From contig CM114271.1 in assembly GCA_050084515.1 (NCBI GenBank), forward strand, positions 34,472,001 through 34,536,000: DNA of 64,000 nt, in the 5' to 3' direction. The stretch comes from Blasia pusilla (Eukaryota). This document shows positions 1 through 14,400 of this stretch, piece after piece. How positions within the stretch are numbered: position 1 is the first letter of the stretch; every line of letters begins with the position of its first letter. Position numbers and translations under genes: made by a program. A model generated the notes under the pieces. The model saw only the letters and a program-made list of their open reading frames with translations, ran no database searches and was not told the origin of the DNA.

Positions 1-806
1 AAAACTTGAAAATTTCCTAAATTTAGTATAGATTTGAGAAGAAAGAGTACAATTGAAAAAAAAAAGAAGTAAGAATTTGAAAGGAGGAGGAAAAAATGAG
101 AGAGAAAAAAAATCATTTTTTCGATTTTTATTTAAATTTTAAGTTTTAAATTAAGAATTTATGAGGTTAGGGTCACTCAACCCTAACCCTAACTTTTCGG
201 GTAGGCCCGAGCCTACCGTAAACCCTAACGGCAGACCTAACGGTGGAGATCAATCTACGTTGTTGGATTTGCCCGACGGCTATCCAACAACAAAGACGCG
301 CGTGGCGTCTCTACCGCCCCCCTACCTAGACATCCCCGCTGTTCGCGAGGCAGGTAGCCAAGGCATCGAAGGGCAAAGACACGCTTAGCATCTTCACCGC
401 CCCCCTCCCACAACGCCCCCACCATCCCCCCCTTACTTACCCCCTTTCTTCCTCCCATTCTCTCCTTAGTCGTCTCCTGTGGAGTCTCCCAGATCCCATC
501 TTGTCTCCTCTTTGGCTGCTCCCTCTCCTCTTTGCTCTACACTTCGCCGCTCATGAGTACTCCTAGCCCTTCGCCCCACTCACTTGGGAGCTCGTGAGCC
601 CTTACGTGCTCATAAGTCATCTCTAGTGCACTATCTCTCCAACTATCCCCTATGCTTTGCTCGTGTATGCCACTCTACCGCACCTAGGCTGTTCATCCGT
701 CCTCTATGGAACCCACTTATGTGTTTTTGACCTATGCAGGTGCTCGCCAACAAAGGTTGCGACTCCTTTTCTGCTCTATTTTCTTCCCTCCCCAAATTTT
801 CTCGCG

Positions 807-810
<4 letters not shown>

Positions 811-842
<32 letters not shown>
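811..842. repeat. (CT)n microsatellite
   Basis: Uninterrupted CT dinucleotide run. Confidence 0.95.
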
Positions 843-844
<2 letters not shown>

Positions 845-3800
845 TGCACTTACCCTAGACTTCCGAACTCTTGCTCTACTTTGTCGTCTTCATGAGTGTT
901 GCATGCCCTTATGAGCGGAGAGGCGAGTCCCTCTATGCTCCACATTCTCTCTTCTCCACCTCCGCTCGCATCCTCTAATGGACTTCCGCGCTCGTTGCAA
1001 TTTTGAAATTTGAATCTCGCGGTTGGCGATGGATTAGACGGAGCTAGGGAGGTGTCTTGAGAGGCAGATTAGAGTTAGGATTTTCGGGAAATTTTCTACT
1101 CCTTTTGCCGTGGCTTCCCACGCTTGGATGGGCCTTGGTATAGCACTTACGCGCTCGGGGTTTGATAGGTTCCTACTTTGCGCTTTCAATTTGTAGATGT
1201 GGCCGCAAGTTGTACAATATAGATTGTCTTGAATTTGGTGACATTCAAGGTAAGCGGGGATGGGCTGTTATTTGGAGTCCGCATAGAGAGTGAATTCCCA
1301 TCCGAGGTCTGCAAAGAGATCACAATACTCGAGTTGAGTACTTATAGACACAAATTTTAAACAAATGCTCCGTAGTCCATGACACGATTTTCACAATAAC
1401 ATTTCATTATGCATGTCAGTCTTACATTGTGTAGACCAGAGAAGCTTTCGCTCTTATAGTTAAGAGTTGGAGGTCACAAAACTATTTGCACATTGACGAC
1501 CACGCCTTCATGCCTGCGCGTTTTTTGAATCACCTTAGCTGCATGTGGGTTTGGCTTGGCCGCCAAACCCCTGGAGTCTGGGGATTGAACTTTGGATGGC
1601 TATATAGGTGTTTGCAGTCGTTTCTTTGCATATGAGGCTTTACCCTTATTCTCTTTTTTTTTGGGTCTCTTGCGTTGGTACTGTGGGGACCCTTGGGGTT
1701 TTATTATGACATCCTTGGTTTTGCCGTAGCCCTCGAGAGGCTCAAGAAATAACCTTTGTTTGATCTCGGAGCTTCTCCTCTAGTAGGAAGAGAATCCCTC
1801 CGCACGTCGCGGAAGTCTACAACATCTAAGGGATTGTATTAAGTGCCCCAAGGAGGGCAAACATCCATATGAGACTTTCTCCAAGCACTTAAGCATATGC
1901 AATCCTCTTGAGACATTGGAGACAAAGGGGAGCTCTCTAAACGCTCTGCATATGGCGCCTTTACAACATAATGCTTCTCCAACGACACAACTCTAGAGAT
2001 ACTCTTCCCCTTTCCTTTGATTAACTTCTTTGTTTTCATTCTAGTCGCCGTGATTTCCTTTATAGTCTTTGACCTGCGTTCTCACTCGCCTTGTTTGCAC
2101 AGATGCGGTGGTAGCCGCCTCACATTGGACTTGCCTTGAAGACATGCGATGGGAGCCGACCCGACAAAGTGTAGCAAAGATGAAATGACAAAGCGGATCT
2201 TTGGGGGTGGGGAGAGCCGATCAAAATGCAACGTGCAAGCTGTTATTGGATGCTTGGAGCTCAAAATTGTTGTTGATGATAAGAATTCAGTAGGCTGCAC
2301 CATTCGTGGATCTCCTAATAAACCTTGAAACACATGTGTCAAATTAGTTTGAAAGCTAAAGTCTACTCACTGTGATGTATTACTGTACATACAACTCGGA
2401 TACAGCAAACAATGCGAAAGAGCATCTACATTTGTAAGCTCATGGAAGCTAAAATAAAGCTCAAAAATTACATGCCAATGATTCATGTTCAAAAAGTGGA
2501 GAAAGTGAAAGTGAATGAACATCTCGAGATGTATGTATGAACCTCATATTCAATTCTGCATGCAATAAATACTATGCATTCCTCAAATTTGAAAACCCTA
2601 CAAGCCACCCAACCCCTCGTAGCCCTTCTTGAAGTGCAAGCTCATCAACGGATCTCCTTAGAAAAATCGTCCATCAATGGACCTCATTTAAAAGGAACTT
2701 CATGGTTTTCACAACTTTTTGAAATGCTTGAACCGTTACAATAGAGTGCGGCTGGATTGGAAACCCTAATCCATGGCAGGAGGGTAAAAGCGAGCAAATT
2801 GATCCCAGATTGACGCGTGGTAAAACGTAAGTGACCAAAATTTCCAAGTGCTAAAAGGTGGAGTGGTCTGCGGAGAGAAGGCTCTCTCCCATAATAATAT
2901 AGATGGAAATTTATGATTTTAACCCTAGATCTCTCCGATCATTCCAGTTGATGTTGGTTCGTCTTATGTATAGATTTCCGATACGACAAGACGCTACAAC
3001 AGTCAAAAGGCGTGCCTTCACTGGTTCCGTTTGAAGCCTCGGAGAAACTTTGTGAGAAAAAAATCACCCAAGTGAAGGTGTCGTACTAAAACTCGCCATA
3101 ATTTGCTTCCACAAGAAGAGGAAGAGGTCATTTTAGGTTTTGAGTGGAAATATTTCCAAATCATACACTGTACAAACTTATGACCTAAGATTGTAATGAG
3201 AATAGTTTTGTTATAGACATTAAATTCTTAAATTTCAAAAAAATTGATACACAACTCATAATCATTTGGATTTTTCACACAGATGTTATCTAGTATATTC
3301 TTCAAGTGTGGATAGTTCTTTGATGTCCTACATATAGTCCTTAGTTATCATAAAACTATCTAAAAGAGCTCTCCTTACAATGTTCTTCGTATGAATGATA
3401 ACCTAACACTATTGTACGCGAACAATATTATTATTTGCTATGTCTTCCAAATTCTTGTCTCCCAAGATTACACTCTACTTATTGTATGCTTCATCCTCTA
3501 GTTGTGAGAGCAAAGATAAGAAGATATGCAACATCTCTAGAATTGAAATTAAGATTGGCTCTCATGCCTCTTTGTTGACATTGTTGCCTTTTGTCACAAT
3601 ACACATGCATATCCCCTTTTGATGTAGATGAGAGAATTATTAAGCAATGTTGGCAGGGTCGAATTTCAATTAATTGCCCATAAAGAAGGAAAGTAAAGGA
3701 AACCTAGTGTAAATGTAAGAAATTTTTAAGGTAGAGTTATAAGATTTAGGATTTTGGGATTCGTATTGCAAACTAAATTTAGGATACTTGAAACAAATCC

Positions 3801-4110
3801 TTAGGAATACTTTAAGTCCTAAAGTATTTCTTGAGAGTTCATTGTGAGTCCTATTAGTCATAAAACTTGGAACTTACAACAATAAAGTGAAAATGAAAAT
3901 AACATAAACTACTTACCGATCGCTATTCACATGTCGATTGCTAAAGGTATTATCAATCAATTAATATCAAACATGAGGTCCATGATTGAATATTATCTAT
4001 CACACCCACATAAGCCTCCTATGTATATATGCCCAAATGCAAAATCTCTCATATATTAAACAAATATATATGTATATTAGTAAGACAACATAAAAATTCA
4101 TGCACATAAG

Positions 4111-4365
4111 TATTGAAGATTGAGTTACAGTTAAGCTCATGAGACACCTAAACTACTACATTTGGCACTCACACAAAGTAGGGAAGCTTAATCTTGGTTA
4201 GTCAGTTAAGCACGATTATCTTAACTATGATTAGTTAATCATAGTTAGTCTAACTCGAGACTATGGTTAAGGGTAGGGTTAGGGTTGCTTGTACATATCC
4301 TATATATTTGAGAAGAGGACCAGCCTCCACTCATTATCTCATTGCAAATTTTGTTCTCCATGGTG

Positions 4366-4456
<91 letters not shown>

Positions 4457-4494
4457 GTTTTCCACTAGTTATGCTTGTTTAACAATTTTCTATA
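4111..4494 (+). repeat. Copia 5' LTR, containing an (AG)n tract at about 4371-4454 and a short hairpin taactatgatta-gt-taatcatagtta
   Basis: The start tattgaagattgagtt matches the sequence following the PPT ttgaggggag on the minus strand at 9463-9472. The end is followed by the PBS. Confidence 0.7.
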
Positions 4495-5010
4495 TAGTAT
4501 CAGAACGGGAGGAGAACATCATTTGAAATTCTTGGTGTTTGAAGAGAGAAGAGAGGCAAGAGAAGGCACAATTTCAGTTTGGGAGAAGGAAATTTTATTC
4601 AGAGCTCAGTGGGTGTAGATTTCATGTGGAGCTCTGACGATGATAAAACTTTGGGGGCGTTTTTAAGACTTTCCCAATCGATTCAGCCGTCTGGGTCCTC
4701 TTCGGCTAGAACAATTCCAAAGGCTGGTTTCAACCGTCTTGTAGAGCTCGTCAAGAGCTTTCCAACGCATCCAAAATCTCTCGATTTTGACACTCTGAGC
4801 TCCTACAGCAGCAATTTCAACGCAGGAAAGTGCAATTAGTGAAGAAAAATTATGCAATTTGTTCTCTAGAGGCCAATTTCGACTAGTTCTTTCATATAGA
4901 TGATCAATTTTGGCAAATTTCAGGTCAACTTATGTGTTGGAGTGGTCTATGCTTCTATTGGAGCAGTAGAAAACCTGAAATTATGTTTTTTGTGAGTGAA
5001 ATCGTTTATT

Positions 5011-8000
5011 ATGGAGTATGCCTCAGTAGCAATCACAAGCGAGAAGCTAGACAAGCAGAATTACAATGTCTGGAAGTTTCGTATGAAAAAATTTCTCATG
5101 GGTCAAGAACTATGGGAGCTTGTCACAGATAATGAGGCCAAGCCAGAAGGTGACTCAACAAACTTGAATGTTCGCGCTTAGAACAAACGCGCAAGGCAAG
5201 TAATCCACTACATTTCAATAACGATCAGTTCGCCAATGATAGGTCACATCCAAGATGTTGATATTCCGAAGGAGGTTTGGGATGCATTAGAAAAGTTGTT
5301 CAAGACATCTACAAAGCCCAGAAATTTTTAATTGAAAGAGCAATTGAACGAAGTGAGGAAAGGATCGTAGAGCATCAATGATTATATTTTGAGTATTTAA
5401 CATATTGTTGATAAGTTGAATAACATTGGAGTGACAATAGAAGATAATGATCTGATTTTATTCACTCTTCAAGGCCTTCCAAAGGATTACAAGTCCTTTC
5501 AGACCTCTATCTCAGTGAGAGAGAAGTATCCAACCTTTCAAGAGTTAGTTCCTCTGTTGATCAGTGAAGAGATGCGCCTAGTAGGTAGTGATAGCTGGTC
5601 TAGTCTACAAGAGAGTGCACTATTTGCAGATTATGGATCAAACAGAGGCAGGGGTCGTGCCATAAACTTTCGTGGTCGTGGTGGATATCAAGCATATGAA
5701 AAAGAGGCACTCAATATAATGTCACTCAATCAACTACGAACCAATACCAGACACAATCACATGGTGGTGATGGTGGAAACCGTTGGGGTCGAGATCAACA
5801 ACAGAGGGTCCCTGCATCTTGCAATTAGTGTGGGATAAAAGGTCACTATGCAAAGTTTTGCTTCAAGAAGAAGGCAGATATGAGAACAAGAGCCTTACAA
5901 CAACAAAACTATGTGGAGCAACAACACCAAGAGTAGTACCAAGAACAACAATACTCACAAACAGAGCATCTCTTGGTCATGACTCATCATATGGGAGCAA
6001 TGATCAAGAAAGACTCGACAACAGATTGGTACATTGACTCCGGTGCATCAAATCACATGACCTCACAAGCGAAATGGTTCAATAGTTTGAAGTCGCTGAA
6101 AGATCCTGCAATTGTGCTCAGAGGAGATGACTCTCAACATCATATCACGCATATTGATAAAGTTCCAATAGCATCAGATAGTCTTTGTGCTCTTGGAAAT
6201 GTTCTCTATGTTCCTACCATTGCAAAAAATTAGATCTTTGTAGGAAAGATAGTAGAACAGGATTATCAAGTGAAGTTTAACGCAGATGGTTGTTTCATTG
6301 AAACAATGGATCACTAGACTACGATAGCCAAAGGAACTAGATCTGGCAGAATGTTCAAATTAGATATTTCTATGTGAGAGATTCAAATAGCAATGTATGG
6401 TTAAACCGGACAACAAGTCACACATCTAAATGTGTGACATAAAAGAATTGGATATATGAATCTTCAAAGATTACAAAGTCTTTCATCATCTAATATATTA
6501 ATAGGACTCCCTAAATTAGCAAGACCTGCTACATTAGAGGTATGTCATGCTTGCCAATTTGGAAAACAAGCTAGATTTCCTTTTCCAAAGCAAGGTAGAA
6601 GAGCATCCAAGATATTGGAGTTGATCCACAGTGATGTGTGAACAACATCATAACATAGCCTTAGTGGTTGCCAGTACTTTATTTCATTTATTGATGACTT
6701 CTCTAGGTATATATGGGTATACTTTCTGAAAGCCAAGTCAGAGGTATTCTCGGTGTTCCAAACATTCAGAGTTATAGTAGAGAAGCAGACTAGACAACAC
6801 ATTCTGAAATTGCGCTGTGATGGAGGAGGAGAGTATCTTTCAACAGAGTTTGATGACTATTTACGTCAGAATGACATCCAATGTCAAGTGACTTGCCGTT
6901 ACACTCCACAATAAAATGGAGTGGCTGAGAGGAAGAATCGACATATTGCTGAAGCGGCACGAGCTATGCTGAATGAGAAGAATATGCCTAAGATATATTG
7001 GGCAGAGGCTGTAGCATGTGCAGTCTTCTTAATCAACCGAACTCCAACAGCAAGAGTTCATGATAAAACTCCATTCAAAGTCTTCAAAGGAAATAAACAT
7101 GATTTTTCCTTCTTGAAAGTATTTGGCTTTATTTGTTATGCTCATGTTTCTTTTGAGAGACGTCAGAAATTAGACCCCAAGTCTGAAAGATGTATCTTCA
7201 TTGGCTATGCTGATGGAACTAAGGGGTATAACTACTACATTCCATCCTCTAGGCAGCTTATTATTAGTCGAAATGTTGTCTTTGATGAGCTAAAGTCATG
7301 GTATGCTCCATTTGAACCTATTCCACCTCTAATCTTGTTTGTTGAGGGGGAGAATGGGACTATAAACCAACAGACATTATCTTCAACTTCCCCAAGTACT
7401 AGTGCACGATTAGGAGAGGTCCTAGATTCATCAGTTCACTCTATGAGTCCATGGACAGGAAGAGTACATATTCAATCTGTTGACACTAGTCAGATCTCGA
7501 GTTAGGTGTTAGAGGCATCTACCTCTGAACAACAACTTCGTAGATCAAGTAAAGTTATACATCATGTTTATAGATTCATGAATGAAGCTTTCCTTGCGAC
7601 ACATCATGCATATATGATGACTACCCTTCAAAAGCAAGAGTCGAGTTGTTTTGAGGAAGCTGCAAGTAAAGCCGAATGGATTGAAGCTATCGAGGAAGAG
7701 CTTGCTGCATTAAGACATCACCGAACATAGGAGTTGGTTGATATACCTTCCGGTAAGGAAGCTATTGGTTGTAAATGGGTTTATAAAATCAAGCGCAATC
7801 AAGATGGTACAATTAACAGATACAAAGCCAGATTGGTGGCTAAGGGCTATGCACAACAATATGGTATTGATTATGAGGAAACATTTAGCCGTGTTGCAAA
7901 GATGGTGACTACGAGAATAGTGGTTGCAGTTGCAGTAAGTAAGAAGTGGAGATTACATCACATGGATGTCAAGAATACCTTCTTGGATGGAGATCTATAC

Positions 8001-8550
8001 GAGGAGGTATATATAACTCAACCATCTGGATACGAGCATCTCAAGTTTCCATTTCGCGTATGCAGGTTGAAGAAAGCTCTATACGGGCTCAAACAAGCTC
8101 CAAAAGCTTGATATGGCAAGATTACATACGTCCTACAAAAGTTGGATTTTAGGGTATGTGATTCTGACTCCTCGTTATATGTCTTGAGATGAAAAGATCA
8201 TAAAATTCTCATTGTGTTGTATGTTGATGATCTCTTGATTATTGGGAGTATTGAAGAAATGGTACAACAAGTCAAGCTTAAGTTACAAGCAGAATTTGAT
8301 ATGAAGGACTTGGGAGAACTCAAGTACTTCTTTGGTATTTAGTTTATCAAGGTTGGAGAAAGCATGTGGTTACTACAACCACAATATGCTCTTTATATGC
8401 TTTCAGAATATGGTATGACGGCTTGTAAGCCAATCTCTACACCGTTGGACCAGAGCGTGAAGCTAAGAATGGATGAAGGAGAGCTGCTTGCAGATTCTAA
8501 TATGTACAGACGCATGGTTGGAAGTTTGATGTATCTACTTATAACCAGAG
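5011..8550 (+). pseudogene. Copia gag-pol polyprotein with stops and frameshifts
   Basis: gag (NYNVWKFRM, LQGLPKDY, knuckle C..CGIKGHYAKFC), protease WYIDSGASNHM, integrase (CHACQFGKQ, LELIHSDV, AERKNRHI), RT ([31 protein letters not shown]). Confidence 0.92.
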
Positions 8551-8557
8551 GACCATA

Positions 8558-10033
8558 TTCAATAAAACGTTGTTCATCATAGCTAGTTTTATAAATTATA
8601 AAAGTGTCACCTTGATGTTGTGAGAAAATTTAGGTAATTTTTTATCATTTTTTAAAGAATCAATTTATACTTCTCCAACCAATTAATGTTGAGAGGAATT
8701 CAAAAAATATCATTTTTTTATCGAATAGAAAATGTTATTTTTTCCTTACTTTATTCAAGGTTCAACCAAACTTTGAGGTCGATGTGGGTTGAGATATCCT
8801 TCTTCATAGTGAGTTGGAAAGCATGGGCAAGTGTCCACAAACCAATTTTCATTCTCCATTCATTGTGAACGTCTGTCAACTACGACTTATGTGATCTTAC
8901 CTAAAAATATGTAGGCCACATAACACATCCTAATGTTTCCTTTGAGTATTTGAGTATTGCATCACAAGAATTATTTCTACAAATATATATGTGTGTATTA
9001 TGATATTATATTTAGAGTAAATTTTAATCAATACTTTTAATATGTCTTTAAAAAGGAATCTAAAAAGGAAAGAAGACAAATGAATGTTTTCCAACAAAAA
9101 AGGAATGATTATTTTGCTTATTCTGGAAAATTGCTAAACAAGCATAACTAGTGAAAACTGATCAAGCTCACAGACACACACACACATTTGGCACCATGGA
9201 GCAGGGAAATTTAATCTTGAGAGAATGAGTGGAGGTTGGTCGATTTCTTAACTAGGTATTAGTTAATCATAGTTAACCCTAACCCTTAACATAGTTCGAG
9301 GTTAAATTAACTATGATTAACTAATCCTAGTTAAGATAAGAGGACTTAACCTCCACTCATTCTCAAGATTAAGCTCTCCATGGTGGTGTGTGTGTGTGTG
9401 TAGTGCCAAATGTGTGTGTTTAGGTGTCTCACTAGTTAGCTTGTTTAGAACTCAATCTTTTACTCCCCTCAAGCAAAATAATCATTCCTTTAACGACTAA
9501 AATGGAAAACATTCAATTTTATCTTTCCTTTTACAATTCATTTGTAAAGATATTAAAAGTATTGATTAAAATTTACTATAAACATAAGATCATTAATACT
9601 GCAACACTTTATGTATTTGATAGAAACAATTGCTTTGTGATGCATACTCAAACACAAGGATAAACATTAGGATGTGTTATTGCCTACATATTTTAGGTAA
9701 GATCCTAAGTTACTAACATCAATCTCAACAAATGAATGGAGAATGAAAATTGGTTGGTGCATTGGTTGCCCATGCTTTCCAACTCACTATGAAGAAGGAT
9801 ATCTCAACTAAGGTTGCTTCTTTGAAGCCTCAAGTTTGGTTGAACCTTGAATAAAGTAAGTGAAAAATAACATTTTCTATTCGATAAAAAAATGATATTT
9901 TTTGAATTCCTCTCAACATTAATTGGTTGGAGGTATAACCAATTCCTTTAAAAAAATGATAAAAAATTACCTAAGATTTTCGTGTGACACTTCTTATAAT
10001 TTATAACCCATATGTGATGAACACGTTTTATTG
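8558..10033. repeat. Large imperfect inverted repeat, arms about 730 bp, centre about 9295
   Basis: For example, 8674-8771 ctccaaccaattaatgttgagaggaattcaaaaaatatcatttttttatcgaatagaaaatgttattt... is the reverse complement of about 9834-9932. Confidence 0.9.
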
Positions 10034-11487
10034 ACGATCCATCCGTTGCCGCCATCTTCAAGCTCGATCCCTTCAAATCCTTTTCTTGTCTTATGTCCCT
10101 CCCCAAGCATTCAAATCTCAACTTAAACCTTGTGTTCTTCCAGTCGTCTAATTTGGATCCCTATGTACGACCCCAGATTCACACTCAACATGAATTAGCT
10201 TTGATGCCACGTGTAGTGCATCTACTATCTTGAACGACGATCTTGCTTGTAGAGGCTTGTATTTGAAGCAAGTCATGCTCTCGTTCAAGAACTTCAAGAC
10301 TTGGGACAAACTTTCTCGATAGTCTTGGGACTTAAAACGACACTAATGCATCTTACACTCTCAATCGCCAAATTGACCTCGATTGAGTCTCTAACAAGGA
10401 CTCAATATATACGCCCCGGGTTGAAATTAAAAGTTAGGATCCAAAACTAATCTAATGAAGGTTGACTTTGCCTCGAAGGCCTAGCACCAACCTTCCAATC
10501 TATCCCTTCACTCTTAGTCCAACCCCATAGTCAAACATTAAAATCTCGCCCCCAAGTACTAACCCCAAAAAAATTCATTTCTCCTCTTAGCCCTAAACCT
10601 GGAGGCCGAATAGATCCCCTCAGGCCTACTCTATTTTTCCCAAGAGGTTCGCACTAAACTTTCTTATTTCTTTACGGCCCCTACATGTATCATTCGTTTT
10701 GCATCTCGGTTGAGGCTATTTCGATCTTTGTGATTGACGTATACCGTGGATGAAAATTTTAGGTGTCTCTTTATCGTGGATTCTTGTAACCCAATTTGTG
10801 TGAATTAAATTTGTATTGTGGATTCGCGCAACTCATGTGAATTAAATTCGTACGACTTGATATGTGAAATTTGGGTGTCTCTCAATCGTGAATTAAATTC
10901 GTACCATGGATTCAATTGGTGTAATCCAATTCATGTGACTCTAATATGAATTAAATTCATGCTATTCGTAATACTTCATCCTCGTCTCGTATACAAACCT
11001 TTAAATCCCCTCATATACAAACATATAAATCCATTCCAAAAGCTTTCCTTGCATACTAGTGATTTGTATTTCCGTCCTCCTGTCCTCCGTAACTAGTGGT
11101 CCTATAAAAAAAAATTCTTCTTCCAAAAACTTGTTCCAACTGATGAGTGGAAGATGTGTCTCTCTCTCCCACCCTTACGAAAGGCCGCACAAACCGTTGT
11201 TTCTTTTTAGCAAACAAAGTGTGTATGTGTGTGCGCCATGAGGTTTAGGTAGGCCCTAGTACAACTAAGTGAATGGACAGTACCCCTAAGTGGCATACCT
11301 GCCTCTTTAGGCTGTTGAATCTCCGCGGTGATTTTCCTCGTGGACGAGGCATACACCATAGCGAGCGAAGAGGGAGTGTCTCAGTTTTTTGGTTACACTT
11401 TCTCTCCTTCCCGTCTGCGCTCTGTGCTTGCGCGGAGGTTGTGCATCGTAAGCGGAGAGGAGCGGATCGGGAGGGCGAGGAAGAATC

Positions 11488-14400
11488 ATGATCTCGCAGT
11501 TCTTTGTGCTGTCTCTGCGTGGAGATAACATCGTGTTTCGAGATTGTAAGTGTTCCGGTCTCCGTCGGACAGGGCTTCGGTTGTTTCGGGTGTGGGAGGC
11601 TTTGTTGGTTTGGTTAGAGGTTGACGGTGGATCCGGCTTGTTGTTTCGCATCGTGAAGTGTCTCTCCGCGTGCTGTATTTTGGTGTGGAGGCATTTTCAT
11701 GTTTTCTTGTACATTTGGGAATTAGCGAATGTTGTTCTAGCCGTGTCGGTCCGATTTGTTTGACAACATCGCCTGCTTCGGTGTTGCGATGCCCAGCGCT
11801 GCGCACCGATGGTGCCGCTTTGAACGCTGAGACCAATTCTACTGCTACTGCGAGCTGTTGTCGCGTCGGGACTTCTTGTCAAAGCATGAGGATGGTTAGA
11901 GGGGAATGTTGTCGAGATAAATAGAGACACTGATGGGATAATTGAGGACGAATTCTGTAGTGTTGTATCCTGCCGTCCTCATTCTGTGCACCATGCACGA
12001 GTGTGATGGAAGCAGACCTTTTATCAGTCCTTTGAAGTGACAACAGGGAGAGCTAGATTGGAACCTTAACCTCACGTTTCTTAATTTCTGGATGTGACGA
12101 GGGCAGATCGTGGTGATGTGCCAAAAGGGAGTGCAGAAATATTTTTCCGTAAAGTAAAGTTTTGGAAGGGCGAGGAAGGGGAGGAAGCTCCGCCTGTGTT
12201 CGTAGGTATTCTTTCACGGGCATTTATGGATGATTGGTACTCCATTCACATTTTGCTGAATTGCTGTCGGACAGAGCTGTTTGTTACTTAAGGGAAAGTG
12301 GTACAATCCCATTTGTGTTTACAATATGGTATGTATGGCTGTGAACTGTGATGCAGAATGTGGACGGGGTCAACTACCTTCATGTCAAAGTGGGTGGACT
12401 TTTATTTGTGGCTACCACAAGAGTCAACTTGTCCCCTGCTTTATTGCTGGAGCTACTGCAGAGGATAGCTCGCGTGACAAAGGACTATCTTGGTGTTCTC
12501 AATGAAGACTCCCTGAGAAAGAACTTCGTCCTTGTTTACGAGCTGCTCGATGAGATGATTGTGAGCTTCTGCATCTTATCTATTTATTGGGAAATTTCAG
12601 TGACGTCTTTGTTGTGGTAGCCTTTCAGTTTCTGTTTTGGCAAGGGTCAAATGCTGCAACAGATCTCAAGATGAAGAAAAAAAATGTGAAGAAAACCCGC
12701 AATAGACAGATCCATTTTGCTCCGATTGGTTCCAGTGGTTGAACTGTTTAAAATGCTAACTACTCTGAGGGTTTATACCCCAGGATTTTGGTTACCCTCA
12801 AACTACATCAACGGAGGCACTGAAGTCATTTGTCTTCAACGAACCTGTGGTTATTGATGCTGCCCGGCTACCTTCTCTTGGACCAGCAGCATTATTCATT
12901 GTATGAATCTCCTCCTGCCATGCTGAGCCTTTCTTTTGTGCCATATGTTTGCAAGTTAATTTTTTTGATGGCTACCTTCAAGAGCTTATGAAGTCATGGA
13001 CAATACCAACACCAATTAATTGAATGATGACGTAAATAAGGAGAAGATTTGAGGGGAACTTCATGAATGTGGACATGGGCCTCGAGATCCTGTTGAGGAG
13101 AACATGGTACTCTATATCCACTCACTAGCAGTTACTGTGGTTTGCAGCAAGGATCAAAACGTGTGCCAGGTACAGCAGTCACAAAGTCAGTAGTTGCTAA
13201 TGAGCCGGGAGGCAGGAAGCGAGAAGAAGTGTTTGTGGATATTATCGAGAAAATTAGTGTCACCTTCAATGCCAGTGTAAGTGCCTGACAAGTGTTATTT
13301 CTCTAGATACGATGTCAAAATATGCTAGATCCTGGCCTTTCTTGACAATTTTGAAATAACTGAGAACACATTCTGGTGACTGGCCGTTCCATCATAGCTC
13401 TTGTTTTCCCATTGTAATCTGGTTTGATGGTTTGGTGCAGGGCTATATTTTGACCTCAGAAATCGATGGAACCATCCAGATGAAGAGCTATCTTTCTGGC
13501 AACCCAGAAATTCGTGTGGCACTGAATGAGGATTTGAGCATAGGACGCAATGGTGAGAATGCCCTTTTAGCGGAGGATTGATCACCACCAGACTTGCAAA
13601 CGTTTTTGCAATCAGTAGCTTGTGGGCAGATGAACCTATGTATGAAATAGTAGTGGGCAGAAAGTCTGATCACAATCCTTCTTTGAAAGTTGGACGGTGC
13701 TTGTAGTTGATAGTGAGTATTGAGTCTGAACTGAGGATAGAAGTTCATCAATGTGCCAGGTGTCATGTAGAGACAGTTGATTGTTGGTAAGATTTCCACG
13801 TATGTTAGAAGGCGCCAGTGTTTCCCATACAGAAAAAAAAAACCAAAGAAAACCTGATGACCCCTCAGGCAAACTGCAAGTATATTTTCTCTGCAAAGAA
13901 AAGCGTTCTTTTATTTTCAGAGAAATATCTAGTGCTGCTGATACCTGACCCCAGATGTGCAGTGTGGAATGGATTTTTGCTCCATGGGAAACCAAGCAGG
14001 ATAGGGTTTCATCCGCTATGACCATGTTCCAGAAGCCCTGAGATACATTCATATTGTGGAGGCTTGGTTTCGTCACTGCTTGAATATGTTCTGTCGCTGC
14101 TGCAGAGTATGGTGGGGCATCTGGAGGTATGGGCATGGTCATTTTAGATGACTGCAACTTCCATGAGTCTGTGCGACTGGATGACTTCGAAACAGATCAC
14201 TACCTGACCTTGGTTTGCTCATTACTCATTCCCTTCTTTAGTCTTTTTTATTTTTTGGTTGGCTTGGTGATGATACTGCATTCAATTTCGGAACTATGAT
14301 GTAGGTACTCCCTAACACTCTTACTAGAACCAAGGTCCTTGGATGTAATTCAGATCATGCACTCAGGGGTTTTTACCCTCTCTTTTTGATGAGAGTTTGC

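Larger units (their letters stand above)
4111..9462 (+). mobile_element. Degenerate Ty1/Copia LTR retrotransposon
   Basis: 5' LTR about 4111-4494, then a decayed tRNA-Met PBS (tagtatcagaac, 4495-4506). Domain order gag-PR-INT-RT is Copia type. 3' LTR-derived sequence at about 9125-9462 appears in mixed orientation. Confidence 0.9.

Noticed and set aside
178-240. Telomere-like aaccctaa motifs (also 29650-29676, 43506-43532)
   Set aside because: Only isolated units, as is common in plant LTRs and promoters; not a telomeric array.
950-3400. Probable degraded LTR/TE sequence with short ORFs
   Set aside because: No diagnostic motif or boundary that I could support.
10799-10960. Repeat-spacer look resembling a CRISPR array
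   Set aside because: Repeats are short and degenerate, spacers are irregular and mutually similar, there are no cas genes, and the context is eukaryotic.
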